36,370 nt of DNA from Kiritimatiellia bacterium (GCA_017445365.1 JAFSUH010000183.1:1-36370), one strand, 5' to 3'; counted from the stretch's first letter, positions 18,040 through 27,914 are shown. Notes: generated by a model from the letters alone, not told the origin. Made by a program: numbers and translations.

Positions 18040-20976
18040 TCAAAGAATCTTTGACAAAACAAAATTGGCACCTGTCAACCCTCCAAGTTCGGGTTCGTCT
18101 GCCAAGATAAGGTCAAAGCCAAATTCCTTTAATGACTCTCGGGCAATGTACAAACCAAGGCCCTGTCCACCAGGACGTCGGGAAAAGCCCGGTTCGAAAA
18201 TGTATGGAGCATCCATCTTTGAAACTCCAGGGCCAGAATCAGACAGTACCAATGAGCCGTTAGCTGACACCGAGAGTCTTACAGCAGGGATTAGTGTTCC
18301 CTGTTTCGCCCAATAAAGGGAGTTTATGAAAAGGTTGTGGATTGCACCAAGGAACACAGGCCGATTCAATCCGGACCACTGGGCTAATTTAAACGAGTCA
18401 GTAAATTCACCATACACCAATTCAAGTTCCTTGACGAATCTGCGTTTCAAAAAATCCTCAATTTGGGAGCCTGTAAGACTTTCGCTCTTTGAACTACGAC
18501 GGCGTATGAGTGGATCCATCAAACGTATACGCTCTTCAATGATACCAAACGAATCCTTCAGTGCTTGAAGGCGCGTCAAATCCTCTCCCGAAAGTCGCTT
18601 GGAAAGTTTCTGGATAGTATCACGAACAATATCCACTTGCTTCTCATACTCATGCGTTGCCGTCTCGAATACGAGACCCAACTGCGCAGCAGTGACTATG
18701 TGGGAATGTTGCTCGCGCAACATCTGCAACTCGCGCGTCTGATCGGAGAGAACAAAGACGCCATTTTCGCCATCCGTAAGATGTTGCAAATTTGCACAAA
18801 GAGTTTTAAGCCGTGGAAGCACATTAGACTCCAACTCGTCAACCTCAGCTTGGATTGCCATTTCAAAAATTTCGACAGCTTGGCCCGAGCAATCCGCTGC
18901 CACTATCCGAGGCGTCAAACCATTCAAGTAATTGTCGCGAACCAGCTTTAAATTTCCGATTTCCCTTTCTACATAATCGTTTAATGCAGGAGATAGTTTT
19001 TCCACCTGCTTGAATGGTTCTGCTACTAGATTTGATATCCTTTTACGAACGAGTTCATCAACATTCTGTAATCGAACCAAGAAATGTCGTTCACGTTCTT
19101 TCATTGGGCGGACATGCGCCGCCATTTTTTGAAAATCTTGTTCTTCGCGGGCAATCTCTCCTTGCAGATTTGTGATTTGAACAGCACGTTTGGAAATGTA
19201 ATCTGTAATAATTTCCCAAGCATCACCGCATATGACAACACCATCTGGTGGTTCAGCAACGGAGGTTTGCAACTCGTTCAGGTATTCACGCAGTTTTTCA
19301 ATGGCCACCTCGCACTCGTGCAATCCTTCAGCAGAAATCGCATTCATTGTACGATTGAGCAACTGGCGCGAATGCCTAACGGCAACAACAATTGTCTCTT
19401 TGAAATTATCTAGCCATCCACGGGCATAACGTATCCTGGTTTGATACTCTTCCTTTTCCCGCTCAAGTCGCGCCTGTGCAGCCGCTTTTTTCTTCTCTTC
19501 ACGCAAGCGTCGTTTATCTTCACGATCCGCCTTGCGACCGAGGAAACGGTCTGCAATATCCACAAATACATCTTCAAGCCAGAAACGAAGGCCTCGACTT
19601 GCACCATTAACGATGAAGCCCTCCCGTCCCGCTTTTTCCTTGATTTGGTTACTATCTGCTGGAAGAAAAACCCCGCCGAACATCCGCAAGTGCGAAAAAT
19701 AATAGCGGCCAGCATTCTTGAGACGCCGTTGTTCAAAGCCCGCAAAATCGCTGTCCGGTGCACCATATGGTTGAACATGGACGCCGCCTTTATAAATGGA
19801 AAAGCCACCAGCATACTGCAAACGCATATCCATTTGACGATGCAAATCTGGTGGTAAAAATGAAATTGCAGCCGTTCCTTGCACATATCCAATTTCGATT
19901 AAGAACCGGCCCGGCGTTCGCATGCCCAGCGGCAACCTCTTCAATTGTCGACTGTATCTTATTTTTTCGGATTGATAATTGGCGATATATCCCTTTGCAA
20001 ATCCATTCTCGGAAACTTCAATGCGGATATGGTGATCGCATTTCTCGAAATCGTCAGGACTCCAATAACGGTATTTCTTATCCTTGCGAACAGGCGTTCC
20101 GTTTTTGAAGACTTCAATACGGAACGGCCTGACTTCTTCAGAATGGAATGGGTCCCAAAAACTGGAAAAAGCATTGACCGACTTCAGTTCGTAAGCGGAA
20201 GCGTCTTCCAACTCGTCCGTTCTCACAGGCGAAGTTCTGAATAAATCGCGGAGATCTTCGTTCGTGTGTACGCACAGGAACGTTGTTCCCATTTCAAAAT
20301 CACATTTCAATTGGCTCAATATCTGTTCCGATGGAATTGTAATATCGGACTGTAGCTCACGGCGAAGCGATTCGTCCCATGTCTCGTCGTGAAGGATGCC
20401 ATCGACAAGAGGGGACTGTCTCAACGACGAAAAAACGGTCTCAAATTCCTCTGGACTTGGGCCATGGTCAAACTCGGCACATGGAATGGGCAAATCCGTA
20501 AGCAATTTGGTCGGATGCCGGAAAAGATGCCAGTGGACGATGCACAACGTCCCACGTTTTTTGGATCCTTCACCCCAAACCGACCAAAGGACGGTCATTC
20601 GACCCAGGGAAGCGACCGAGAGTCTGCCGATTCCTTTTTCGCCATACGTTGTTTTGAGCCATTCCTTCTGCTCTGGCGTCGCGAATTCAGTCCATCCGTC
20701 ATCTTCTTTCTTGGCGAATTTCGATTCGGTGGCAAGAACAAGCCATTTCCCGACCACATCTTCCTTGCAACGCATTCCAAGACCATCGTCGTGAATGGAC
20801 AAAAAACCGATGCCGTTGCTGTGGTCTGCATCGAAATAATCAACTTGAACACGTCTTGCTCCCGCATCAAGAGCGTTTTTGAAGAGTTCACCGGTAGCCG
20901 TTGGTGCATCGGCGATTTGCTGCCTCCCCAACAAATCAATTACACGGGCTCTGCTTCTGAAGTTTTCAATTGCCAT
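18040..20976 (-). CDS. MORC-like GHKL ATPase - coiled coil - histidine kinase fusion
   Basis: N-terminal FRSRARVIDLLGRQQI, ELFKNALDA, DDGLGM, GEKGIGRLS; central charged helical region; C-terminal H-box ATHEY, N-box HNLFINS, DSGPG, IFEPGFS, GQGLGL. ATG 20976 preferred over GTG 20985. Confidence 0.88.
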   Translation of the reverse strand: MAIENFRSRARVIDLLGRQQIADAPTATGELFKNALDAGARRVQVDYFDADHSNGIGFLSIHDDGLGMRCKEDVVGKWLVLATESKFAKKEDDGWTEFATPEQKEWLKTTYGEKGIGRLSVASLGRMTVLWSVWGEGSKKRGTLCIVHWHLFRHPTKLLTDLPIPCAEFDHGPSPEEFETVFSSLRQSPLVDGILHDETWDESLRRELQSDITIPSEQILSQLKCDFEMGTTFLCVHTNEDLRDLFRTSPVRTDELEDASAYELKSVNAFSSFWDPFHSEEVRPFRIEVFKNGTPVRKDKKYRYWSPDDFEKCDHHIRIEVSENGFAKGYIANYQSEKIRYSRQLKRLPLGMRTPGRFLIEIGYVQGTAAISFLPPDLHRQMDMRLQYAGGFSIYKGGVHVQPYGAPDSDFAGFEQRRLKNAGRYYFSHLRMFGGVFLPADSNQIKEKAGREGFIVNGASRGLRFWLEDVFVDIADRFLGRKADREDKRRLREEKKKAAAQARLEREKEEYQTRIRYARGWLDNFKETIVVAVRHSRQLLNRTMNAISAEGLHECEVAIEKLREYLNELQTSVAEPPDGVVICGDAWEIITDYISKRAVQITNLQGEIAREEQDFQKMAAHVRPMKERERHFLVRLQNVDELVRKRISNLVAEPFKQVEKLSPALNDYVEREIGNLKLVRDNYLNGLTPRIVAADCSGQAVEIFEMAIQAEVDELESNVLPRLKTLCANLQHLTDGENGVFVLSDQTRELQMLREQHSHIVTAAQLGLVFETATHEYEKQVDIVRDTIQKLSKRLSGEDLTRLQALKDSFGIIEERIRLMDPLIRRRSSKSESLTGSQIEDFLKRRFVKELELVYGEFTDSFKLAQWSGLNRPVFLGAIHNLFINSLYWAKQGTLIPAVRLSVSANGSLVLSDSGPGVSKMDAPYIFEPGFSRRPGGQGLGLYIARESLKEFGFDLILADEPELGGLTGANFVLSKIL

Positions 20977-21845
20977 ATTGCACACCCTGTTATTTCCGCT
21001 TTTTTAGCGGGACAACGGAACACATCGGAATCAGTTGGGAGGAGAAAACCGGCATGGGCACAACATCCTGTGGAAGAAGCCTTGGCAACCTAGCATCCCG
21101 ACCCCTTCCCCGGCAATCACCGATTCCCTTGCCGATAGCGCCGAGGAGAGTGGAGGGCGTTGGAAAATGCTTTGCCAACAAGGGGGAACGGCATGAGGAA
21201 GGCCTTTTGCGAAAGCGGACAAGGACGAACCCGCGCTTGCGCGGGGTTCCGATGCCGTTTTTTCGCGTTTTTTTCGGTTTGGGAGGCCGTTTTTTGCCGA
21301 TTTTTTCGAAATTTCGTAAATTTTTGGACGATTTTTTGGCGTTTTGTCGATTTTTTGGAAAATTTCGGCAAATTTCGGCAAATTTTTCCCGTTTTCAATC
21401 CCTTTTCGGCCATTTACCTGCCAAAATGCCGTCCCCCCTCCCCGCACGCTCCCCCTTCGCCCTCTCAATCCCGCGGGCGGGGTTCCCGGGACGGCCTTTT
21501 CGGTCGCTTCCCGGGCCAGCACGGCCCTTCCGGCGGCTTCGTCGGTGTTTCCTGGCACGTTTTTCCCGAAAAACGCTTTCTTTTGCCGCATCCCCGCTTG
21601 GCAACTTCGCCCATCGGGAGGCTCCCCGCCTACGGCAAATTTGGAATCGAAATTTGCCGCCAGTCCGACGCCAACTGTCACGACAAAAACACGCCAAACG
21701 TCACAATGGAGGCCGAACAATCCCGTTTCCGAGCGGCCATTAGGCGACTTTTTTCCATCAGTTCCGTAAAATCGGCGTCCTTTTTTACATTTGTGCCGTA
21801 AAAAAGGCGGGACATTCCGTCCGGGAATGTGCTAGTTTCATCGCC

Positions 21846-23051
21846 ATGAAAACAAAATCCCGTGCCATTCTCGGCTCCAGCCGCAGTTTTTTCCTCTTCG
21901 GTCCGCGCGGAACGGGCAAGACCACATGGCTCAAGGAAACATTTCCGGATGCCGTTGTCATCGACCTTCTGGCCCCGTCCGTCCGGCGCCGGTTCCTGGT
22001 GCAACCGGAGCGGCTTGCCGAAATCGTGGAGGGGCGGAACGGAACGGATACTTTCGTCATCGACGAAGTCCAACGCGTTCCGGCCCTTCTGGACGTCGTC
22101 CATGAACTCATCGACACGAAGCCGGGGTTGCGTTTCGTCCTCACGGGATCGAGCGCCCGGAAACTCAAACGGAGCGGCAACGTCGATTTGCTGGGAGGTC
22201 GCGCCGTGCAACGATTCTGCCATCCGTTCCTCGCCTGCGAAATGGGGAAGGACTTTTCGCTTCCCCGTGCCTTGCGCCAAGGCATGATTCCCCTCGTCGT
22301 GCGGCAGCCCGAAAAGGAGGCGGCCGACATCCTCCAAACCTATCTGGACCTCTACATCCAGGAGGAGGTGACGACCGAAGGCGTGGTCCGCAACCTCGAC
22401 GCCTTCGCCCGCTTCCTCGAAGCTGCTTCCTTCTCCCACGGTTCCGTCATCTCCGCAAGCGGAATCGCCCGGGAGAGCGGCGTCAAGCGTTCGACCGTCG
22501 ATGGCTATTTCGCCATCCTCCGGGACATGCTCCTGACGGCACGGCTTCCCGTGTTCGCCAAACGCGCCAAACGGGCGCTCGTCGCACACGACAAATTCTA
22601 TTTTTTCGACGCGGGCGTTTTCCGCGCCCTCCGTCCGGCCGGACCGCTCGACCGGCCCTCCGAAATCGACGGAGCCGCGCTCGAAGGCCTCGTGTTCCAG
22701 CATCTGCGCGCCTGGAACGATTATTCCGGCGCCCCCGATTTCCTCGGATACTGGCGGACCAAGGCGGGGGTCGAAGTCGATTTCGTCCTCTACGGAGAGA
22801 AGGACTTCGCCGCCATCGAAGTCAAGAACGCGGCAACCCTGCATCCGTCCGATTTCACCGGCCTGAAGTCCTTCCGCGAAGATTATCCGGAAGCGCGGAC
22901 CCTCCTGCTCTACCGCGGCGAAACGCAATTCCTCCGCGACGGTATCCTCGTCGTTCCGGCGGAGAAGTTCCTCCGCTCGCTGGTTCCCGGACGGCCGCCG
23001 CTCGAAGCGTTTTCCGGAGAGGCGGCTTCCGCCTGCGCGGGAACGGATTGA
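21846..23051 (+). CDS. AAA_14 + DUF4143 ATP-binding protein
   Basis: LFGPRGTGKTT, VIDEVQR, LTGSSARKL, LLGGRA, KFYFFDAG, YWRTKAGVEVDFV, AIEVK. Confidence 0.88.
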   Translation: MKTKSRAILGSSRSFFLFGPRGTGKTTWLKETFPDAVVIDLLAPSVRRRFLVQPERLAEIVEGRNGTDTFVIDEVQRVPALLDVVHELIDTKPGLRFVLTGSSARKLKRSGNVDLLGGRAVQRFCHPFLACEMGKDFSLPRALRQGMIPLVVRQPEKEAADILQTYLDLYIQEEVTTEGVVRNLDAFARFLEAASFSHGSVISASGIARESGVKRSTVDGYFAILRDMLLTARLPVFAKRAKRALVAHDKFYFFDAGVFRALRPAGPLDRPSEIDGAALEGLVFQHLRAWNDYSGAPDFLGYWRTKAGVEVDFVLYGEKDFAAIEVKNAATLHPSDFTGLKSFREDYPEARTLLLYRGETQFLRDGILVVPAEKFLRSLVPGRPPLEAFSGEAASACAGTD

Positions 23052-23282
23052 AAACGGGATGATTGGTTGCCCGCGGTGGGATGCCGGATTTGCCGGAGGC
23101 ATGGCCGGAATCGGGAGCCGGGAACGGTTCGTTCACTTCGAAAATGCGCTTCCGGCAAAGCAGGGCGCGACAAAACGCGATTTCTGGAGTTGCGGCAAAA
23201 ATGCAGCACAAATTCCCCCGTTTTCGGCGAAAAAGGGGGAAAGAAGAGGAGGGACGGAAGCGGGAAAAGAGACTTAAAAATA

Positions 23283-23308
23283 AAAAATCCCCGGGAAACG
23301 GGGCTTTT
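23283..23308 (-). terminator. Probable terminator downstream of the tRNA pair
   Basis: CCCCG/CGGGG stem flanked by an A-run on the left and a T-run on the right, immediately 3' of tRNA-Arg. Confidence 0.5.
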
Positions 23309-23311
23309 CGA

Positions 23312-23388
23312 TGGTGTGCCTGGCGGGGATCGAACCCACAACCTTCAGCTCCGGAGGCTGACGCTCTGTCCAATTGAGCTACAGGCAC
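23312..23388 (-). tRNA. tRNA-Arg(CCG)
   Basis: GTGCCTGTAGCTCAATTGGACAGAGCGTCAGCCTCCGGAGCTGAAGGTTGTGGGTTCGATCCCCGCCAGGCACACCA: cloverleaf, anticodon CCG, encoded CCA. Confidence 0.96.
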
Positions 23389-23390
23389 GT

Positions 23391-23464
23391 TGGTTGTCCC
23401 ACATGGATTCGAACCATGACTAACAGATCCAGAGTCTGCTGTGCTACCGTTACACCATGGGACA
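23391..23464 (-). tRNA. tRNA-Gln(CTG)
   Basis: TGTCCCATGGTGTAACGGTAGCACAGCAGACTCTGGATCTGTTAGTCATGGTTCGAATCCATGTGGGACAACCA: anticodon CTG, encoded CCA. Confidence 0.96.
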
Positions 23465-23475
23465 GACGCCCCGGA

Positions 23476-23518
23476 AACTTACTTTCTTTTTGCCCGCTGT
23501 CAAGTTTCCGCCTATGAT
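23476..23518. promoter_or_regulatory. Overlapping divergent promoters for the tRNA pair and ptsP
   Basis: Minus strand: TTGACA(23503-23498)-16 nt-TAAGTT. Plus strand: TTGCCC(23490)-17 nt-TATGAT(23513). Confidence 0.55.
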
Positions 23519-23544
23519 GCCCTTCCAACCCCGCACCTTCCCCC

Positions 23545-25848
23545 ATGAGCCACACCCAGAAAGACAATGTCGCCCTCATGTGCGACGTCGCCGAACTCAC
23601 AGGCCTCTTCGATTCCTCCCAGGGACTCGACGCGTTCCTCGGCCGCATCATCTCCACCGTCGCCTGGCACATGCGCGCCGCGGTCTGTTCCATCTTCCTC
23701 TACGACCCGTCCGCCCGGCAGCTCGTCCTCCGCGCCAACCAGGGGCTCAACCCCGACTTCGTCAACCGCCTCCGCGTCGCCATCGGCGAAGGCCTCACCG
23801 GCCGCGTCCTCGCCCGCCGCGGGCCCGTCTGCATCGGCAACGTCCATTCCGACCCGGACTACCGCGTCATCCCCGGCCTCTACGAGGAGCGTTACACCTC
23901 CTTCCTCGGCGTGCCCATCCTCCGCAAGAGCTCGCCCGTCGGCGTCATCGTCCTCATGGACCCCGTCGAGAACTACTTCACCACCAACGACGTTTCCGCC
24001 CTCCAGATCATCTCTTCCCAGCTCGCCGGCGTCATCGAGAACGTCCGCATCCTCCTCTCCGTCCGCGAAGGCCACGCCGCGCGTTCCGTCCCCGCCGGAC
24101 CGGCCGACGGCGGCGCCGACCCCGGCGGGACCTACCTCGTCCAGGGCCGCGGCGGCGGCCACGGCGTCGTCTTCGGCCTCTCCACCCGCATCAACCACTA
24201 CCTGCACGCCTCCGAAGAGGAGGCCGGGCGGCACAACGGCCTGACCGAAGCCGACTTCGACCGCGCCCTCGCCGAAACCGAGCGGCAGCTCCTCGACATG
24301 CAGCGGACCCTGCGCGACCGCCTCCACGAGGCCGCGAGCCTCATCTTCGACGCCCACGTCCTCATGCTCAAGGACGATGCCTTCTCCGGCAAGATCCGCC
24401 AGCGCATCCGCGGCGGGTACAACCCCTGGGCCGCCACCGTCGAGGCCGTCCGCGCGTACGCGAAGGCCTTCGCCGATTCGCCCCTCCCCGCCTTCCGCGA
24501 GAAAGTCCTTGACGTCGAGGACCTCGGCCGCCGCCTCCTCAACAACCTCTCCCCGGACGAAGGCGGCGACGGCATCGACTACAAGGGGCGGATCATCGTC
24601 GCGGAGGAAATCCTCCCCAGCGACCTTCTCAAGTTCTCGGTCGAAGGGGTGACCGCCATCCTCCTCCTCGGCGGCGGGCAGACTTCCCACGTCGCCATCC
24701 TCGCGCGGGCCCTCCGCATCCCGCTCGTCTTCGCGGGCGACCGGCGGCTGATGCGCCTGCCGGAGAAGACGCCCCTCCTCGTCAACGCGCAGACCGGCGA
24801 AATCGTGGTCCGCCCGGACCCGGCGGCCTGCCGCGAATCCCTCGAACGCGCCGCGCGGGAGAAGGAACTTCCCCCGCCGCCCGCCGACGCTTCGCCCGCC
24901 GCGCTGGCCGACGGGACGCGGGTGCGGCTTCTCGCCAACATCAACCTGCAGAGCGAACTCGCCGTCGCCAACCGCTTCCGCGCGGAGGGCATCGGCCTCT
25001 ACCGCACGGAATTTCCGTTCATCATCTCCAACACCTTCCCGACGGAGGAGGAGCAGTTCGCGCTTTACATCCGCGTGCTCGAGCAAGTTCCTTCCGGGCC
25101 GGCCGTCTTCCGGACGCTGGACATCGGCGGGGACAAGGCGCTGTCGTACTTCCCCCTCCAGCACGAGAACAATCCCTTCCTCGGCCTGCGCGCGTTGCGC
25201 TTCACGTTGCAGAACCCGGAAATCTTCCGCACGCAGTTGCGCGCGCTCATCCGCACCGCGGCGGCGGCGGAACCGGGGCGGGTGAAGGTGATGTTCCCCC
25301 TGGTGGCGTCGCTCGACGAGTTCATCGCCGCGCGCGAACTCGCGCTTTCGTGCGTGGAGGAACTGCGCGCGGAAGGGAAGGACTGCCGCCTGCCGCCGCT
25401 CGGGGTGATGTTCGAAATCCCGAGCGCCGTGTTCCTCGCCGACGAACTGGCGGCGGCGGCGGACTTCATGTCCATCGGCGCGAACGACCTGACGCAGTAC
25501 ACCCTCGCGGTGGACCGGACGAACCAGTCGATGAGCCCGTGGTACGCGCCTCACCATCCGGCGGTGCTGCGGTCGCTGCAACGCATCGTTTCGGCCGCCA
25601 ACCGCGCCGGAAAGCCGGTCTCGTTCTGCGGGAACATGGCAAGCAATCCGCAGATGATCCCGTTTTTGATCGGCATCGGCCTGCGCACGCTGAGCCTCGA
25701 CCCGCAGCGCATCCCGGTCATCCACGACATCATCGCGGGGCTGACGGCGGACGGGGCCGCGCGCCACGCGCGGGACCTGCTGGCCCTGGGCCGCCTGAGC
25801 GAAGTGGAGCGCTACCTCGCCGAAAACGCCCCGCCGCGCACGGTCTGA
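23545..25848 (+). CDS. ptsP: Phosphoenolpyruvate-protein phosphotransferase with N-terminal GAF domain (EI-Ntr type)
   Basis: GAF domain (CSIFLYD...LVLRANQGLN...GEGLTG), phospho-His motif TSHVAILARAL, GIGLYRTEF, RTLDIGGDK, ENNPFLGLRALR, SIGANDLTQY. Confidence 0.93.
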   Translation: MSHTQKDNVALMCDVAELTGLFDSSQGLDAFLGRIISTVAWHMRAAVCSIFLYDPSARQLVLRANQGLNPDFVNRLRVAIGEGLTGRVLARRGPVCIGNVHSDPDYRVIPGLYEERYTSFLGVPILRKSSPVGVIVLMDPVENYFTTNDVSALQIISSQLAGVIENVRILLSVREGHAARSVPAGPADGGADPGGTYLVQGRGGGHGVVFGLSTRINHYLHASEEEAGRHNGLTEADFDRALAETERQLLDMQRTLRDRLHEAASLIFDAHVLMLKDDAFSGKIRQRIRGGYNPWAATVEAVRAYAKAFADSPLPAFREKVLDVEDLGRRLLNNLSPDEGGDGIDYKGRIIVAEEILPSDLLKFSVEGVTAILLLGGGQTSHVAILARALRIPLVFAGDRRLMRLPEKTPLLVNAQTGEIVVRPDPAACRESLERAAREKELPPPPADASPAALADGTRVRLLANINLQSELAVANRFRAEGIGLYRTEFPFIISNTFPTEEEQFALYIRVLEQVPSGPAVFRTLDIGGDKALSYFPLQHENNPFLGLRALRFTLQNPEIFRTQLRALIRTAAAAEPGRVKVMFPLVASLDEFIAARELALSCVEELRAEGKDCRLPPLGVMFEIPSAVFLADELAAAADFMSIGANDLTQYTLAVDRTNQSMSPWYAPHHPAVLRSLQRIVSAANRAGKPVSFCGNMASNPQMIPFLIGIGLRTLSLDPQRIPVIHDIIAGLTADGAARHARDLLALGRLSEVERYLAENAPPRTV

Positions 25849-25974
25849 AGTGCCGGAGGCGGTGCCGTCCGGCACGTTGCACCCCGCGAAGCAAAGCTCC
25901 GCGGGGGCCCCGTTGTTTTGCGGCGGCCCCGCGCAACTCCGTTGCGCGCGCCGCCGCTTCCGTTGTCAAGCGAA

Positions 25975-26024
25975 TTTGCCAATGTCCGGCAAAATTCGCT
26001 TGTTTTTGCCGATGTCCGGCAAAA
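25975..26024. repeat. Paired palindrome element (REP-like), copy 3, between convergent genes
   Basis: TTTGCCAATGTCCGGCAAAA (25975-25994) and TTTTTGCCGATGTCCGGCAAAA (26003-26024). Confidence 0.8.
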
Positions 26025-26055
26025 CATTCCCGCGCGCGGGGAACGGCGACGGCGG

Positions 26056-27708
26056 TCAAAAACGCAAGCGGTAGAAGCGCCGGGGGGCGCCTTCCCCGGC
26101 CGGAACGGCGAGGATGCCGTCTTCCGCCGCGACCGCGCCCGCCGCCGCCGTCCACCCGTCCTCCGCGCCCAATGCGCCGGTCGTCTCCACCCGGAAATCG
26201 TACGCCAGCAGGGCCGGATCCACCGCGAGCCGCACCCACCCCGCCGCCGCTTCCCCGCCCGAAGCGAATGCCAGGCCCCGCAGGCCCTCCGCCGGCGTTT
26301 CCGGCGCGCCGGGGTCCGCACGGCACAGGCAACCGTCGTCGCCGATGAACCATCCCGCCTCCGCCAGCGGGAATTTCCCGCGGTAGCGCGCGACCGCCGG
26401 GAAAGGCGCGGCATTCGTGAGCGCCTGCCATCCTTCGCGATACTCTTCCGGTTCCAGCCCGTACGTCTCCCCCGGCCGCGTCAGGACGCCCGTCAACGCC
26501 ACCGGCGCCGCGTTGCCGGCCAAGGCGATGGCACTTCCGATCTGGATGCTCCCCGCCATCGAAAGGCCGCTCCCGGCATGGTCGATGTCGTTCCCCGCCG
26601 TTTCCGCCGCGTTGCCGGACACCGCCCCGCCGAGCAACAGCAGTTCGCCGAAATTTTCGACGCCCCCGCCGAAACCGCCCGCGCGGTTGGAGACCAGCGA
26701 CGCGCCGGAAAGCTCGAACGTTCCTTCGTTCACGTAGGCCCCGCCGCCCGAATCCGTCGCTTCGTTGTCCGCCACCGTCCCGGCCGCAAGCCGCGCCGTC
26801 CCGCCGAAATGGACGATGCCGCCGCCGCATCCCGCGACGCGGTTCCCGTCCCCTTCCGCGCGGTTGCCCCGGATGTCCCCGCCCGACATCGCGAACGTGC
26901 CGAAATTGGCAAGGCCGCCGCCGTGCCCGTTCTTCCCGCCGTAGCCGAGGATGTACACCCCGTCGGAAAAATTGGTGCAGGTCGCGAGGTTCGAGGCGAC
27001 GGTGCCGCCCGCAAGCGCGAAGGTTCCCGCGTTGCACACCCCGCCGCCGCTTCCGCCCCAGTCCGCCGTGTTGAAGAAATTGCCGTCGTGGCAGACCCGG
27101 TTGCCGCGGATGGCGCCGCCCGTCATGCGGAAGGTCCCGAAATTGGCGACCCCGCCGCCGACGTACGTCGCGCAGTTGCCCGCGATCGCGCCGCCCGCCA
27201 TCTCGAAGGCGCCCTCGTTTTCGACCGCCCCGTAAAAGCCGAGGTGGCCCGTGAGCGCCGCGCCGTCTTCCAGGCGGAACGCGGCCCCGCTTTCCACCCG
27301 CACCATCTGCGGCGGGAGTTCCGCGGGGGCGTACCCCGCCGGGAGCCTCCCGTCCCCTCCCCCGTCGAACACCAGCGTCGCCGCCCCGCCGCCGCCCGTC
27401 CCCGCCAACGCGAAGGTCGCGGGCGCTTCCACGGTGAACCATCCGTTCGTGGCGAACGCCGCATTGGTCCCCGCGCGCACGCGCCGCACCGCGGCGCCGT
27501 CGTCCACGAGGGCGACGCTCCGGGACACCGCGACCGGGGAAGCGAGCAGCGCGTCCGCTTCCAGCACGATGGTTTCCCCGTCGCCCGCCGCGGCGAACGC
27601 CGCCTCCAGCGTCGCGAATTCCTGCGTCCCGACGCGCGCCACCGCGCCGGCGGCGGAAGCGCCCGCCGCCAGCCACGCCATCGCCGAAACCAGCCATCCG
27701 TGCCGCAT
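26056..27708 (-). CDS. Secreted Gly-rich repeat (beta-helix-like) surface protein
   Basis: Signal peptide; VARVGTQEFATLEAAF; repeated GGGVxNxGTFxMxGGxIxGN units; C-terminal RRFYRLRF. Confidence 0.8.
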   Translation of the reverse strand: MRHGWLVSAMAWLAAGASAAGAVARVGTQEFATLEAAFAAAGDGETIVLEADALLASPVAVSRSVALVDDGAAVRRVRAGTNAAFATNGWFTVEAPATFALAGTGGGGAATLVFDGGGDGRLPAGYAPAELPPQMVRVESGAAFRLEDGAALTGHLGFYGAVENEGAFEMAGGAIAGNCATYVGGGVANFGTFRMTGGAIRGNRVCHDGNFFNTADWGGSGGGVCNAGTFALAGGTVASNLATCTNFSDGVYILGYGGKNGHGGGLANFGTFAMSGGDIRGNRAEGDGNRVAGCGGGIVHFGGTARLAAGTVADNEATDSGGGAYVNEGTFELSGASLVSNRAGGFGGGVENFGELLLLGGAVSGNAAETAGNDIDHAGSGLSMAGSIQIGSAIALAGNAAPVALTGVLTRPGETYGLEPEEYREGWQALTNAAPFPAVARYRGKFPLAEAGWFIGDDGCLCRADPGAPETPAEGLRGLAFASGGEAAAGWVRLAVDPALLAYDFRVETTGALGAEDGWTAAAGAVAAEDGILAVPAGEGAPRRFYRLRF

Positions 27709-27813
27709 GGCGCCACCATACCCCGCCGTCCCCGCTTCCTCCAGCCCATTCGGGACCGGCCGCGCCGATCCGCCCGCCCGGGAAACCCGCGCGGATTTTC
27801 CGGGGAAGGGCGC

Positions 27814-27842
27814 TTGAAAACGGGAAAGCGCGCGCGTAGAGT
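27814..27842 (+). promoter_or_regulatory. Putative sigma70 promoter of the ParB-like gene
   Basis: TTGAAA-17 nt-TAGAGT. Confidence 0.5.
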
Positions 27843-27914
27843 CCCGCGCGCCGCCAAAAGCGGAAGGCCGGCAACGCCCTCCTTTCCCCCACCCCGCACC
27901 CGAAGGATTCCCCC

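Larger units (their letters stand above)
7649..20976 (-). other. Defence island / restriction-modification-like gene cluster of nine co-oriented genes
   Basis: All genes on the minus strand with mostly short gaps or overlaps. Contains a C5 MTase, Vsr, an McrB/McrC-like pair, a Schlafen-like protein, a GHKL-HK fusion and a REC protein. About 14480-21000 is visibly more AT-rich than the flanks. Confidence 0.8.

Noticed and set aside
20970-21801. Several 60-260-aa ORFs in the gap upstream of the kinase
   Set aside because: Low-complexity Phe- or Lys-rich translations of the T-tract region, mutually overlapping, with no convincing RBS.
21581-23200. TTTTGCCGCA / TGCGGCAAAA inverted pair flanking the second AAA_14 gene, considered as transposon ends
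   Set aside because: Only 10 bp, similar to the abundant palindrome half-site, with no transposase or target duplication.
23312-23340. Possible attL/attR duplication of the tRNA-Arg 3' end bounding the island
   Set aside because: No second copy seen by eye near fucO/vsr or elsewhere, and no integrase in the window.
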